Positions 40,458 through 50,066 of a stretch of 64,000 bases of DNA are shown piece after piece (the first letter of the stretch is position 1; each line of letters opens with the position of its first letter). This DNA is from Methanobacteriota archaeon (lineage in GTDB: Archaea; Thermoplasmatota; E2; DHVEG-1): the NCBI GenBank assembly GCA_026394495.1, contig JAPKYE010000012.1:83-64082 (forward strand), read 5' to 3'. The notes below the pieces were generated by a model. The model worked only from the letters and a program-made list of their open reading frames with translations. It was not told the origin of the DNA and did not search any database. The position numbers were made by a program, and so were the translations under genes.

Positions 40458-41300
40458 ATGGTTTATGAGAATTTGATGGTAAAACCCGAAAAAAAAATAA
40501 CGTTAAAAAAATTTGATACTGGGTACACAGATGGGTATCGAAACAAGAAAGAATCTGAAGAAAATCTTCCGCAGTATCTTCAGAAACTTCTGGATCTTCA
40601 GTATCTTCTCTACGCAGATAAACGATATGGTTTTTTGGTTATTCTTCAGGGTGTTGATGCAGCAGGTAAAGACGGCGTATTCAGAAATGTGATTACTGCG
40701 TTGAATCCTCAAGGGACAAAAGTCTGGGGTTTTGAGATACCTTCCTCAGAGGAACTTGGTCATGATTATTTGTGGAGGGTGCATCAACGACTCCCGAATC
40801 GCGGGTATATCGGTGTGTTCAACAGGTCTCATTATGAGGATGTTTTGATCGTGCGGGTGAAGAATTTGGTGCAAAAAGAGATGTGGAAAAAAAGGTATGA
40901 ACAGATCAATAATTTTGAGCAATATCTCTACGAGAACAATATTCGTATTCTGAAAATATTTCTCCATATCTCAAAACAGGAGCAGGAGAAAAGGCTTCTT
41001 GCACGACTTTTGGAGCCGCATAAGAACTGGAAGTTCTCAACTGATGATCTGGTCGAGCGGCAGTACTGGGATGAATATATGGTTGCGTATGAGGATATGC
41101 TCAATAAAACCAGTACGAAGTATGCGCCGTGGTATGTGATCCCTGCGGATAATAAATGGTTCCGTAATATTGCGGTTGCAAAAATCATGGTCGATGCTCT
41201 TCAGAAATTAAAGTTGAAATGGCCTGATCCATCTAGGGAGATCCAGAAATATATTGCGATCGCAAAGAAAACTGGGAAGCTGCCGCCAGTGCCGCAGTGA
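40458..41300 (+). CDS. ppk2: Polyphosphate kinase 2 (probably class III)
   Basis: LQGVDAAGKDG, HDYLWR, FNRSHYEDVL, ISKQEQEKRL, KNWKFS, APWYVIPADNKW. Confidence 0.94.
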   Translation: MVYENLMVKPEKKITLKKFDTGYTDGYRNKKESEENLPQYLQKLLDLQYLLYADKRYGFLVILQGVDAAGKDGVFRNVITALNPQGTKVWGFEIPSSEELGHDYLWRVHQRLPNRGYIGVFNRSHYEDVLIVRVKNLVQKEMWKKRYEQINNFEQYLYENNIRILKIFLHISKQEQEKRLLARLLEPHKNWKFSTDDLVERQYWDEYMVAYEDMLNKTSTKYAPWYVIPADNKWFRNIAVAKIMVDALQKLKLKWPDPSREIQKYIAIAKKTGKLPPVPQ

Positions 41301-41360
41301 TCATTGTTTTTTTATTTTTTGAGTTTTATTGTCGATGTGATTGTTGATATCTGAAGAAGG

Positions 41361-41840
41361 ATGGATATCTGGAGTAAAGCTCTTTTACCGGGTCATCGAT
41401 ATTCTTATGTGGATGAGAATCTCGCTGATGAAATAAAGGAGTTGAACAGGCGTATCGCTGAACTAGAAAAGATGCTGTCGATGGTCCTTGCCCCTCTTCA
41501 AAATGTGGGGAAAACAACGCAAAATTACCTTAGATTAACTGGGTTACTTCTTGATCATGGAGGTCTTACACCTGATCTTATTCTCCCGGATGTCAAAGAC
41601 CCTATATCACGGGAGATTGTCCGCGTCCTTATGAATAAAAGCGAACAAAATATCTCTCAGATCACAGATCTTGTTCGCAGTAAACGAGGTACTGCTTCTC
41701 GCAGGATTATCCGTGAAAAAATACAGGAATTAGCGGAGAAAAACGTCATTCAACAGCAGCAGAAAGGCTCAAGGACTGTCTATGGTTTGACTGAATCAGT
41801 GATAAAAAAGTGGTCACAAATGCTCGGTTTTACTTTATAG
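41361..41840 (+). CDS. Coiled-coil + winged-helix DNA-binding protein (true start may be GTG at 41409)
   Basis: EIKELNRRIAELEK coil; DPISREIVRVL, NISQITD, SRRIIREKIQEL wHTH pattern. Confidence 0.75.
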   Translation: MDIWSKALLPGHRYSYVDENLADEIKELNRRIAELEKMLSMVLAPLQNVGKTTQNYLRLTGLLLDHGGLTPDLILPDVKDPISREIVRVLMNKSEQNISQITDLVRSKRGTASRRIIREKIQELAEKNVIQQQQKGSRTVYGLTESVIKKWSQMLGFTL

Positions 41841-41890
41841 CATGACCACCGTACTATTGATTAGAAAATGTATAAAGGAGGAATAAAAAA

Positions 41891-42169
41891 ATGAGCAATC
41901 ATGAAGGAATGCCAGACCCGGAAAAGATAAAGGAAATATTGGATGTTGTCTCTGAGAAAATCCCTGGGCTTCTCAAGCAACTTAGTGAGCTTTTGTACGG
42001 TCCGAAAAGCGCGAAACAATACGCGGAAGCCGCAGCGATTTTTTACAAGGAGCTTAAAGGCGCTGGGATGACCGATGAGCAGGCTTTTGATCTCACACGA
42101 CAGTACATGTCAACATTGAACCTCGGTAATATGTTCAAGAATTTTTCTGTACACGGCAAAGACGACTAA
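41891..42169 (+). CDS. Small helical hypothetical protein
   Basis: AGGAGG Shine-Dalgarno upstream; FYKELKGAGMTDEQAFDLTRQY motif. Confidence 0.8.
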   Translation: MSNHEGMPDPEKIKEILDVVSEKIPGLLKQLSELLYGPKSAKQYAEAAAIFYKELKGAGMTDEQAFDLTRQYMSTLNLGNMFKNFSVHGKDD

Positions 42170-42189
42170 CCGCATATCCTGTAGAGAAC

Positions 42190-42450
42190 GTGATTATGGC
42201 TGAACATGGTACAGAAAAAAAGAACCCAAACATGATAAAGATGTTTGGTATGGTCCTGCCTTTACTCCCGGGGATGATCGTCCGATTCGGTGGATCATTC
42301 CTCCGTTTTAAAGGCGCTGCGAAAAAAGGTGGGTCGATTTTTCATCGTGAACTCCTCAATCAGGGGATCGATGAGGCTACTGCAGAGAAACTCACGGAAG
42401 AGTATCTTGAAGGAAGTAACCTGATGAAATATATTCAGTTTCTCAGGTGA
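42190..42450 (+). CDS. Small helical hypothetical protein, related to the upstream gene
   Basis: FHRELLNQGIDEATAEKLTEEY aligns with the motif in 41891-42169. Confidence 0.75.
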   Translation: MIMAEHGTEKKNPNMIKMFGMVLPLLPGMIVRFGGSFLRFKGAAKKGGSIFHRELLNQGIDEATAEKLTEEYLEGSNLMKYIQFLR

Positions 42451-42543
42451 TTTTTCTTTCTGATTCTATTTTTTTTATTGAACATTAGTGTAAAACAACA
42501 AGCAAGTGTTTCTATGGTGATAAAAAAGAAAAAAATGAGGTGT

Positions 42544-43218
42544 TTATAGGGAGAGATCGATTCCCGTGACACCTTTTGCATATCCCATGAAGTAGGTGAA
42601 ATCTTTATGTGCGATTGTGCTGTATTGGGTGATGTATAAACCTGTGAATCCTCTTATCATTCCTATTTGTCGACCGGTGAGCGTTTTCACATTAAACGGA
42701 TAGGGATCAATGATTGTTGTGGTGCTTTTTGTGAGTAGATTTGAGTTCACGGTATAAAACCAAAGGGCGAGTGTTTTATGCATATTCAGATGGGTTGATT
42801 GGAAAGAAAACATTTTGTTGGTATATCCTGAGCTGAGGACCAGTACATTTTGTCGTAATGGGGAGAATCGGTATATCTCTTTTGAATTAAACATGGTGTT
42901 CATGAGAACCATGAAAACGTTTTTTAGTTTCGAATGTCCACCGCAGCATCCGTTGATGTAGTCTTTCACTATCGATAGAGCTGTTGCATAGTCTGGTGCT
43001 GTTTGTATTTTTTCCATTACTTCAGATAGGAGTTGATTGAATTCCACAAGTTCTGTTTGTGATAACGTTAAGGTTTGTGTTGATCGGATCTGATTTTCAT
43101 CGATGTATGAAAACGTGACGGTTTCGGTGTTTTTTTGTTCTGCAAGAACTGGACTTGCTGACAGTCCTATGAAGAGTAGGATTGTGCCTATTACAAATAA
43201 TGGTGTCGTTTTTTTCAT
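42544..43218 (-). CDS. Secreted hypothetical protein
   Basis: MKKTTPLFVIGTILLFIGLSASPVLA signal peptide; GGAGG upstream on the minus strand. Confidence 0.75.
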   Translation of the reverse strand: MKKTTPLFVIGTILLFIGLSASPVLAEQKNTETVTFSYIDENQIRSTQTLTLSQTELVEFNQLLSEVMEKIQTAPDYATALSIVKDYINGCCGGHSKLKNVFMVLMNTMFNSKEIYRFSPLRQNVLVLSSGYTNKMFSFQSTHLNMHKTLALWFYTVNSNLLTKSTTTIIDPYPFNVKTLTGRQIGMIRGFTGLYITQYSTIAHKDFTYFMGYAKGVTGIDLSL

Positions 43219-43378
43219 TTTGTTACCTCCACATATTTTTCTTTTTATTTTCTACCCCCATATTATTTTTTTTATTTATATTATTTTCTGTATGTGGATT
43301 TTTATATATTCTACAGAAAAGTAAAACAAATGTTCGTTTCGTATACTTATTATTCAACAAATAATTGTACATTAATCG

Positions 43379-43876
43379 TTAGATGTTGTAGAGATGGTGT
43401 TCGTAGTTTTGAACAAAATATTTTTTCCCTTTTTGTATTACGCTGTATCCTTCATCTTCTAACAACTTTTTCTGTGCTGTTGCTCCACCAGGATATTTTT
43501 CATTGAGGAACCCGTCGGCTTTTAATGTTCGCCAATACGGAATATTCAAATTTTTTCCATCTCGTGCGGCTTCTTCTGCAGCATTCGCAGCAGTCATAAT
43601 AAAAATCCCCGTTGTGAGAGAACAACACCCTTGAACCTTATGTTTTTTAGCGATGTTTTTGCAGATTTCAACGATCGTAATAAGTTTTCCTTTTGGGACT
43701 TTTTTCATGAGCTCAATAATCTCACTGGGGTTCACAAGAACAACGTTATCGCCTGCATTTGCATCCATTTTATGTACTGCGTTATAACAAGGGAATTTCT
43801 CTTCAAGCGTCAGTATTTTTGGGAGATTCTTTTTGTCTGCTAGTTTGTCCTGCCAGGATTTCTTTTTGTAACTCAA
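43379..43876 (-). CDS. MGMT-fold / alkyltransferase-like protein
   Basis: VPKGKLITI, IPYWRTL in place of the PCHR active site, QKKLLEDEG; TTG start. Confidence 0.75.
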   Translation of the reverse strand: MSYKKKSWQDKLADKKNLPKILTLEEKFPCYNAVHKMDANAGDNVVLVNPSEIIELMKKVPKGKLITIVEICKNIAKKHKVQGCCSLTTGIFIMTAANAAEEAARDGKNLNIPYWRTLKADGFLNEKYPGGATAQKKLLEDEGYSVIQKGKKYFVQNYEHHLYNI

Positions 43877-43891
43877 ATATATTTCAACTCC

Positions 43892-44242
43892 TTATTTTTT
43901 ATTTACGAGTGATAACAATTCAGCTATTTTCTGTTCGTTTATTTCTTTCAACGAGTGAAATTTAAGATGTTTCATTGTTTTTCCAGATCCTTGAAAAAGC
44001 GTCTGTTCTTCTTTAGAAAGGCCTTTTAATGAAAAACCTAAATTCACATGGTCTTTAAGTGCTGCGATATAATATTTTCCACAGGGATCTATTTTTGTAT
44101 GGCCATAACAAGGAACACCCACTTTCATTTCTTCATTAATTTCAGGAAATGTTGTTAGAATAATATTCCGTAATCTCTGACAAATTTCCTTTTGTGGGGA
44201 TTTTTGTTTTTCTATATATTCTGTAACTTTTTCGTTTTTCAT
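43892..44242 (-). CDS. DUF1801 (YdhG-like) protein
   Basis: VTEYIE, LRNII, KDHVNLGF, GSGKTMKHLK. Confidence 0.8.
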   Translation of the reverse strand: MKNEKVTEYIEKQKSPQKEICQRLRNIILTTFPEINEEMKVGVPCYGHTKIDPCGKYYIAALKDHVNLGFSLKGLSKEEQTLFQGSGKTMKHLKFHSLKEINEQKIAELLSLVNKK

Positions 44243-44904
44243 TGTTTCATTTCAACCTTGTATACAAGCCAGACATATCCTTTACTCAATAGTTCATTCT
44301 TCAGTAATTTCAAGGTTATGTTTTCGTGAATATCGCTAAACATAGGATACGCATTTTTTCCCACAAGGACAGGATGCACCAACAGACTAATCTCATCAAC
44401 AAAACCTTGATTGAGTAGAAGATTTCCTAGTATTCTTCCTGTATCTGTGAGTATAGTTGAAACTTGATATATATCGCGAAGGAGTGCTAGTGTTTGCTTT
44501 AAATCAATATGGTTCTGACCGACGATATGATATGAATAATTTCTTTCTTCCAAATGTTTTTTGTATCCTTCCGGGGTTTTTTCAGAAATCAACACAATAA
44601 CGTCTCGGCAGAATTCAAACCTTCGGCAGGTGTGAAGAAGACCCTTAAGAGAGCCCTTTGTATCAATAACAACCCAAAATGGAAGATTTTTATCTCTTTT
44701 TGGTTTTTCAAAATCAGTTGTTTCCTCTGGTGGAACACCATTTTCGTAGAGTTCTATTCCAGCTGTAATAGTATTTGAACCAATTAAATGAACATCTGGT
44801 TTATACTCTCCTGCTATCTGGTAATGTAGCTCCATGTTTGGAATAAAATTCGTAAGAGATCCATCTAAACTAATGGAGTTATGGATAATAATCTTCGGTA
44901 ACAT
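44239..44904 (-). CDS. RibD C-terminal / dihydrofolate reductase-fold protein
   Basis: SISLDG, IGSNT, VDEISLLVHPVLVG. Confidence 0.82.
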   Translation of the reverse strand: MLPKIIIHNSISLDGSLTNFIPNMELHYQIAGEYKPDVHLIGSNTITAGIELYENGVPPEETTDFEKPKRDKNLPFWVVIDTKGSLKGLLHTCRRFEFCRDVIVLISEKTPEGYKKHLEERNYSYHIVGQNHIDLKQTLALLRDIYQVSTILTDTGRILGNLLLNQGFVDEISLLVHPVLVGKNAYPMFSDIHENITLKLLKNELLSKGYVWLVYKVEMKQ

Positions 44905-44910
44905 ATACTG

Positions 44911-45381
44911 TTATTTTACCTCAGCGACAATCACCACATAGTTTTTCCCATATTTCTTCGCGCATTTCGGACAGGTTGTATACCACATATACCATTTTAT
45001 CACAGATACATTTTTACTCGTGGCATACTGTTGAAAATCCTTACACCATTTCCCTGTGTCTTTAAAGGGGCCTTCATAGACTTTACTTAAAAATTTTCCA
45101 CTCAACGTAACATTATTTGCATTAGGGATATCCTTGTCCACCGCAAGATACAGATCCATTTTCCACTTTGATGTATGATCAGATAAACAAACAAAATCAG
45201 ACATTGTCGCATCCGCGTTTCGTACGTTTTCATCAAGTCGCTTCATCACGGAACCAAAATTCAGTGGTATATTCAAAAACGTTGAAACCTTATCCTTGAT
45301 AAATTTTTTATTGTTCCATTCAAACAGTTTTCCATCCCATAACTTTGGATCAAATTGCGGGCAACATTGTTCTTCGTTCAT
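44911..45381 (-). CDS. Conserved hypothetical protein (GyrI-like small-molecule-binding fold, tentative)
   Basis: CCPQFDP...SKVYEGPFK...YTTCPKCAKKYGKNYVV. Confidence 0.6.
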   Translation of the reverse strand: MNEEQCCPQFDPKLWDGKLFEWNNKKFIKDKVSTFLNIPLNFGSVMKRLDENVRNADATMSDFVCLSDHTSKWKMDLYLAVDKDIPNANNVTLSGKFLSKVYEGPFKDTGKWCKDFQQYATSKNVSVIKWYMWYTTCPKCAKKYGKNYVVIVAEVK

Positions 45382-45427
45382 ATTTTCACCATCAACATTT
45401 TTTTCTTTAAATCATTTCTCATATTTT

Positions 45428-45880
45428 TTAGTCGTCTTCCCAGCCTAATATCTTTTTCCTCTTTTTCAACAGATTAATATTACAATGAAAACACAATCCG
45501 TTATGACAACAGATCACACCATCACAGGTTGGACATTTCCATTTTTGTTTTTCTTTCTCTAAAAATTCTTCGATACCTTTTTCTTTTATATAGTTAAGAT
45601 TGTCAAGCATGCTCATATGATATTTAGTACGATATCTTTTATCTAAATTTTTTAATCTTTTACATGGATTTTTTGTACATTCAAAACAAAATTTAGAATT
45701 ATTTTTATTTAACTCTTCACAATTTATAATAACGCAGTTCATACAACTTTTTGACTTATTTTCATTTCCACCCCTACAACCAGGACATTTATTTTTTTCT
45801 CTCAAATACGCTATACAGATACCGCAGTTCATTCCACAGGGAGCAATAAGCCTCATCTTTTCAGAACAATCATCGTTCAT
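45428..45880 (-). CDS. DUF3795 Cys-rich protein
   Basis: APCGMNCGIC, CPGC, CVIINC, CFEC...PC, CPTC. Confidence 0.8.
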   Translation of the reverse strand: MNDDCSEKMRLIAPCGMNCGICIAYLREKNKCPGCRGGNENKSKSCMNCVIINCEELNKNNSKFCFECTKNPCKRLKNLDKRYRTKYHMSMLDNLNYIKEKGIEEFLEKEKQKWKCPTCDGVICCHNGLCFHCNINLLKKRKKILGWEDD

Positions 45881-45933
45881 TCAAGATACGGAATCCCCAC
45901 ATGAATTATAAAGATTTTTTCTCAGATAGGTAA

Positions 45934-46167
45934 TCAAAACGACTTGTTTTCCAGCACCTTTCGTATATCAAAATAAAAAACCGCGGTTAATATACAAAAA
46001 ATAATAGCAGACGTTATTAACGCATAGAATGGGAAGATAGCTTTTTCATTTTCCGTCAATAGAATCGAGACAGGAACGTATGAGATTACAAGCAATAAAA
46101 CAGTGATTAATACTGAAAGCCCCATCGATTTAACTAACAATTTTTTGTTTACAACCATCTTCATCAT
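45934..46167 (-). CDS. Small two-TM protein
   Basis: Two hydrophobic helices; co-directional with neighbours. Confidence 0.55.
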   Translation of the reverse strand: MMKMVVNKKLLVKSMGLSVLITVLLLVISYVPVSILLTENEKAIFPFYALITSAIIFCILTAVFYFDIRKVLENKSF

Positions 46168-46201
46168 CTCCTTATATATTTGTTATTCAAAGAAATATAT
46201 C

Positions 46202-46618
46202 TCATATGTTTATCTTAAATTTTGTCTTCTCAGGATTATTTCTAAAAATATCTGTAATCCACTGCTTTATATCGTCTCTAACACGGCGAAAATCATCGAT
46301 ATCTAAAGGATCAGTAAATCCTTTATGAATAATTTTTTTTCCTGGGAAAAACGGACATCCTTCTTTTGCATTATCGCATACTGTCACAACATAATCAAAG
46401 TTTTTTTCTCTGAATTCCTCCATGCTTTTTGATCGGTGTACGGAGATATCAATCCCTATTTCTTTCATCACTGTAATCGCAAACGGATGAACTGATGTTG
46501 GCAGAAGACCCGCGCTATTAACTTCATAGCGGTCTCCATAAATATTGCGAAGTAAACCTTCGGCTATCTGCGAACGAGCAGCATTATGCGTACAGAGAAA
46601 CAACACCGTCTTCTTCAT
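46202..46618 (-). CDS. arsC: Arsenate reductase ArsC (LMW-PTP fold)
   Basis: LFLCTHNAARSQIAE, SAG, TVCD...CP, DP...FRRVRD. Confidence 0.82.
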   Translation of the reverse strand: MKKTVLFLCTHNAARSQIAEGLLRNIYGDRYEVNSAGLLPTSVHPFAITVMKEIGIDISVHRSKSMEEFREKNFDYVVTVCDNAKEGCPFFPGKKIIHKGFTDPLDIDDFRRVRDDIKQWITDIFRNNPEKTKFKINI

Positions 46619-47268
46619 TATTTGATCTCTTTTCTTTTTCCAGTCACCATGTACGTGATTTGCTCAGCCATATTACAGGCATGATCCCCGCAGCGTTCCA
46701 GATATCGAGCAATCATGATATAATGCGTGCAGATTGTGATGTTTTTAGGGTCCTCCATCATATATGTGATACATTCCCTGAAAATGGAATACCTAAGTTC
46801 ATCGACATCATCATCTCGCTCAGAAAAATCTTTTAACAAGGTAAGATCACCGTTTTGAAACGCTGTAAATGCATCATGGATCATTTTGCATACAATCTCA
46901 TTCATATGAGGGATACTAATAATTTTTTTAATATGGGGCCCTGGTGCTATTTCCTTTGTCAGATTAGCAATATCTTTTCCGTATCTGCCGATTCGATCAA
47001 TGGAGATAATCATCCTCAGACAACATGCAATCGTCCGCATATCTTTTGCCATTGGTTGATACAATGCGATTAACTGCAACGCCTCCTCTTCAAGATCGAC
47101 ATTCATCTGCGCCAGCTTCTTCTTCTTAGAAAGTACCCAATCTGCCTTTTCAACATCAAGAGTTTTCAACGATTCAACAGAAGTACACAGCATCGAGGTT
47201 GCAAGATTACCCAGTTTCAACACATCTTTTTTCAATCCTTCTAATTCTGTATGGAATTTCTGTACCAT
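46618..47268 (-). CDS. phoU: Phosphate transport regulator PhoU
   Basis: YQPMAKDMR, IDRIGRY, DDDVD, LERCGDHACN. Confidence 0.93.
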   Translation of the reverse strand: MVQKFHTELEGLKKDVLKLGNLATSMLCTSVESLKTLDVEKADWVLSKKKKLAQMNVDLEEEALQLIALYQPMAKDMRTIACCLRMIISIDRIGRYGKDIANLTKEIAPGPHIKKIISIPHMNEIVCKMIHDAFTAFQNGDLTLLKDFSERDDDVDELRYSIFRECITYMMEDPKNITICTHYIMIARYLERCGDHACNMAEQITYMVTGKRKEIK

Positions 47269-47279
47269 TTTACTTTCAC

Positions 47280-48044
47280 CTATCCAAATCTCCCTGTGAT
47301 ATAATTTTCAGTAAGCTCCTCACGTGGGTTTTCAAAGATCTGTTTCGTCTCACCGTATTCAATAAGTTTTCCCAGGTACATATACGCTGCGTACTCGCTC
47401 ACCCGTGCCGCCTGCTGCATATTATGAGTAACAATAATCACCGTATAATGCTGTTTCAGATCATAGATAAGATCCTCTATTTTTGCGGTTGCAATCGGAT
47501 CAAGAGCAGAACATGGTTCATCCATGAGAATAATCTCAGGTTCAATTGCTAGCGAACGTGCAATACATAACCTCTGTTGCTGCCCACCGGAAAGACACAT
47601 CGCAGGTTCATATAACCGGTCGTGTACCTCATCCCATAATGCAGCATCATGGAGACTTTTTTCTACGAGTCTATCAAGAATTTTTTTATCATTTACCCCT
47701 TGAACCCTCGGTCCGTACGCAACATTTTCATAAATGGATTTTGGAAATGGATTTGGTTTTTGAAACACCATCCCGACCTTTTTTCGTATCTCCACTGCAT
47801 CAACCGATGGCCCGTAAATGTCGTTCTCGTTGAAAAACACCTGCCCTGTGATCCTGCAGTTATTGATCACATCGTTCATCCTGTTGAAACAACGAATAAG
47901 CGTAGATTTTCCGCATCCTGAAGGACCAATCAGTGCAGTTACCTTGTTTGATAAAATGCTAAGATTAATATCTTGAAGTACGTGTTTTTCTCCATACCAG
48001 AGGTTTAGGTTTTTTGTTGTAATGATTTCTTTTGTTTTTATCAT
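47280..48044 (-). CDS. pstB: Phosphate ABC transporter ATPase PstB
   Basis: [57 protein letters not shown]. Confidence 0.97.
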   Translation of the reverse strand: MIKTKEIITTKNLNLWYGEKHVLQDINLSILSNKVTALIGPSGCGKSTLIRCFNRMNDVINNCRITGQVFFNENDIYGPSVDAVEIRKKVGMVFQKPNPFPKSIYENVAYGPRVQGVNDKKILDRLVEKSLHDAALWDEVHDRLYEPAMCLSGGQQQRLCIARSLAIEPEIILMDEPCSALDPIATAKIEDLIYDLKQHYTVIIVTHNMQQAARVSEYAAYMYLGKLIEYGETKQIFENPREELTENYITGRFG

Positions 48045-48051
48045 ACAGTTA

Positions 48052-49995
48052 TCACCATTTCATAGTTTTTTTATAATGATTTCTTAACAGGATTGCGATC
48101 AGATAAAATCCAATGACGACAAGTAACAACACAAGGGCTGTTCCTGCTTGTTGCGCACGGGAATCTGGTACTGAGGTTGCTAGCATGTACAGATGAAATG
48201 GTAATGCATTGACTGAATCAAAAAGCGAAGAAGGAATAAAACCTGAAACGACAACTGCGGTGAACATGATCGGGGCTGTCTCGCCTGCTGCTCTGCCAAT
48301 CCCAAGGATTGCGCCAGTGAGAATACCTGGTGCTGCGGGAGGGAGAACCACTTTTTTTATCGTCTGCCATTTTGTTGCGCCAAGAGCAAGACTGCCTTCA
48401 CGTAGGATTTGCGGAACACTTTTCAATGCCTCTTCTGTTGTCCGTATGATTGTGGGAAGAATCATGAATGCAAGGGTGATCTGACCTGCAAGGAGTGAAA
48501 TACCCATTTTCAAATAAAGTACAAGAAACGCAAAACCGAACAACCCAAAGACAATCGACGGCGTCCCATTTAACAAATCTGCTCCTGCTCGAATGATTTT
48601 TGTTACTCTTCCCTCCCGTGTATATTCATTCAGGTAAATTGCTGCCCCTACACCTAAAGGCAACGCGATGAAAAGCGCACCGCCGACTAAATAAAACGTT
48701 CCGACAATCGCAGGAAAAATCCCTCCAGATCTGCCAAGGTTACTTGGCCATTCCGTGAGAAAACCCCAGTTTAATGCTCCGGCTCCGTTGAAGATAATAT
48801 ATGAAAGGATGATCCCTAAAAAAATAAGAACAAGAACGATCGCACTAAAAAGAGCGGTAAACGCAATTCGTTGAATATTTTTTGCAGAAATCTTTTTATT
48901 GAGATAATAACAAATACCAGCGACAACAAGTAATGAAATGGTGATGAGAACGCCAACAGCAACATATAATACACCAATAATTATTAGGATCATAACCCAG
49001 AAGAAATAGCGTTTTATCTTCTGATTAGTTTCATAGCGAAGTTTGAACCGTTTTTTTGATGAAGACGTATATTTCTCTTTGAGTCTGTTTAAAATTACTG
49101 TCGCGATGATATTAACAATGAGCGTGATGACCAACAGAAGAAGTGCGATGCCAAACAATGCATGGTAATGATCACTTCCGGTTGCAACCTCACCCATTTC
49201 AATTCCTAATGTCGCAGTAAGAGTTTTTATCGGCGCAAATACATTTGTAATCGGTGTCGGGATGAGTCCATAGGTTGGATTACCACAGACCATCATCACC
49301 GCCATGGTTTCACCTATGGCTCGACCCATTCCAAGAATGATCGCTGCGGTAATCCCTGAAAATGCTGAGGGGACAATGACTTTACTGATGGTTTGCCATC
49401 GTGTTGCGCTGAGTGCAAGTGAGCCTTCTTTGTATTCTTTTGGAACAGAGCTTATTGCATCTTCAGCTACGCTTGTGATTGTCGGTATCGCCATGATTCC
49501 AAGAAGGATTGATCCTGCAAGCCATGATTCTCCACTTGGTTGATTAAAACCGATGCGTAACCATGTTGTGAGTACTATTAACCCAAAAAAACCATAGACG
49601 ACGGAGGGGATACCTGCGAGTAATTCGATTGCGGGTTTTATGATTGCGCGCATTTTTGGTGAAGCGATTTCTGAGATGAAGATCGCGCTTCCAATGCTAA
49701 GAGGGATGGCGATTACCATTGCACCAAATGTAACCAGGAGAGTTCCAACGATAAGTGGAAATGCACCATAAAGCGGTGGAGTTCCGGTTGGATACCAACG
49801 GGAACCTGAGAGAAATTCCCATAGTCCAGCGGTTTGAAAAATCGAATAGCCATCTTGAAATAAAAAATATATGATTGAGAAGATAATGATAATCGATGAG
49901 ATGGCGGTGAGGAAAAAAATTGTTTTGATGCTTGTTTCTTTTATTTTTTTTAATGATATAAAAAAATGGAGGAAGCGTGGTAGTCTTCGACTCAT
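48052..49995 (-). CDS. pstCA: Fused phosphate permease PstC-PstA
   Basis: N-half [11 protein letters not shown]...[10 protein letters not shown] (PstC); C-half [14 protein letters not shown]...GRAAGETAP (PstA); one 647-aa frame. Confidence 0.92.
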   Translation of the reverse strand: MSRRLPRFLHFFISLKKIKETSIKTIFFLTAISSIIIIFSIIYFLFQDGYSIFQTAGLWEFLSGSRWYPTGTPPLYGAFPLIVGTLLVTFGAMVIAIPLSIGSAIFISEIASPKMRAIIKPAIELLAGIPSVVYGFFGLIVLTTWLRIGFNQPSGESWLAGSILLGIMAIPTITSVAEDAISSVPKEYKEGSLALSATRWQTISKVIVPSAFSGITAAIILGMGRAIGETMAVMMVCGNPTYGLIPTPITNVFAPIKTLTATLGIEMGEVATGSDHYHALFGIALLLLVITLIVNIIATVILNRLKEKYTSSSKKRFKLRYETNQKIKRYFFWVMILIIIGVLYVAVGVLITISLLVVAGICYYLNKKISAKNIQRIAFTALFSAIVLVLIFLGIILSYIIFNGAGALNWGFLTEWPSNLGRSGGIFPAIVGTFYLVGGALFIALPLGVGAAIYLNEYTREGRVTKIIRAGADLLNGTPSIVFGLFGFAFLVLYLKMGISLLAGQITLAFMILPTIIRTTEEALKSVPQILREGSLALGATKWQTIKKVVLPPAAPGILTGAILGIGRAAGETAPIMFTAVVVSGFIPSSLFDSVNALPFHLYMLATSVPDSRAQQAGTALVLLLVVIGFYLIAILLRNHYKKTMKW

Positions 49996-50066
49996 TTTTC
50001 AAAGACCACCATTTTTCTTTTTATTTGGGATTCACTCATGGGTTTCTTCTCTTTTTTTCTGTTACA

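Noticed and set aside
43379-46167. Integron cassette array
   Set aside because: Spacers lack RYYYAAC...GTTRRRY palindromes and there is no integrase in the window.
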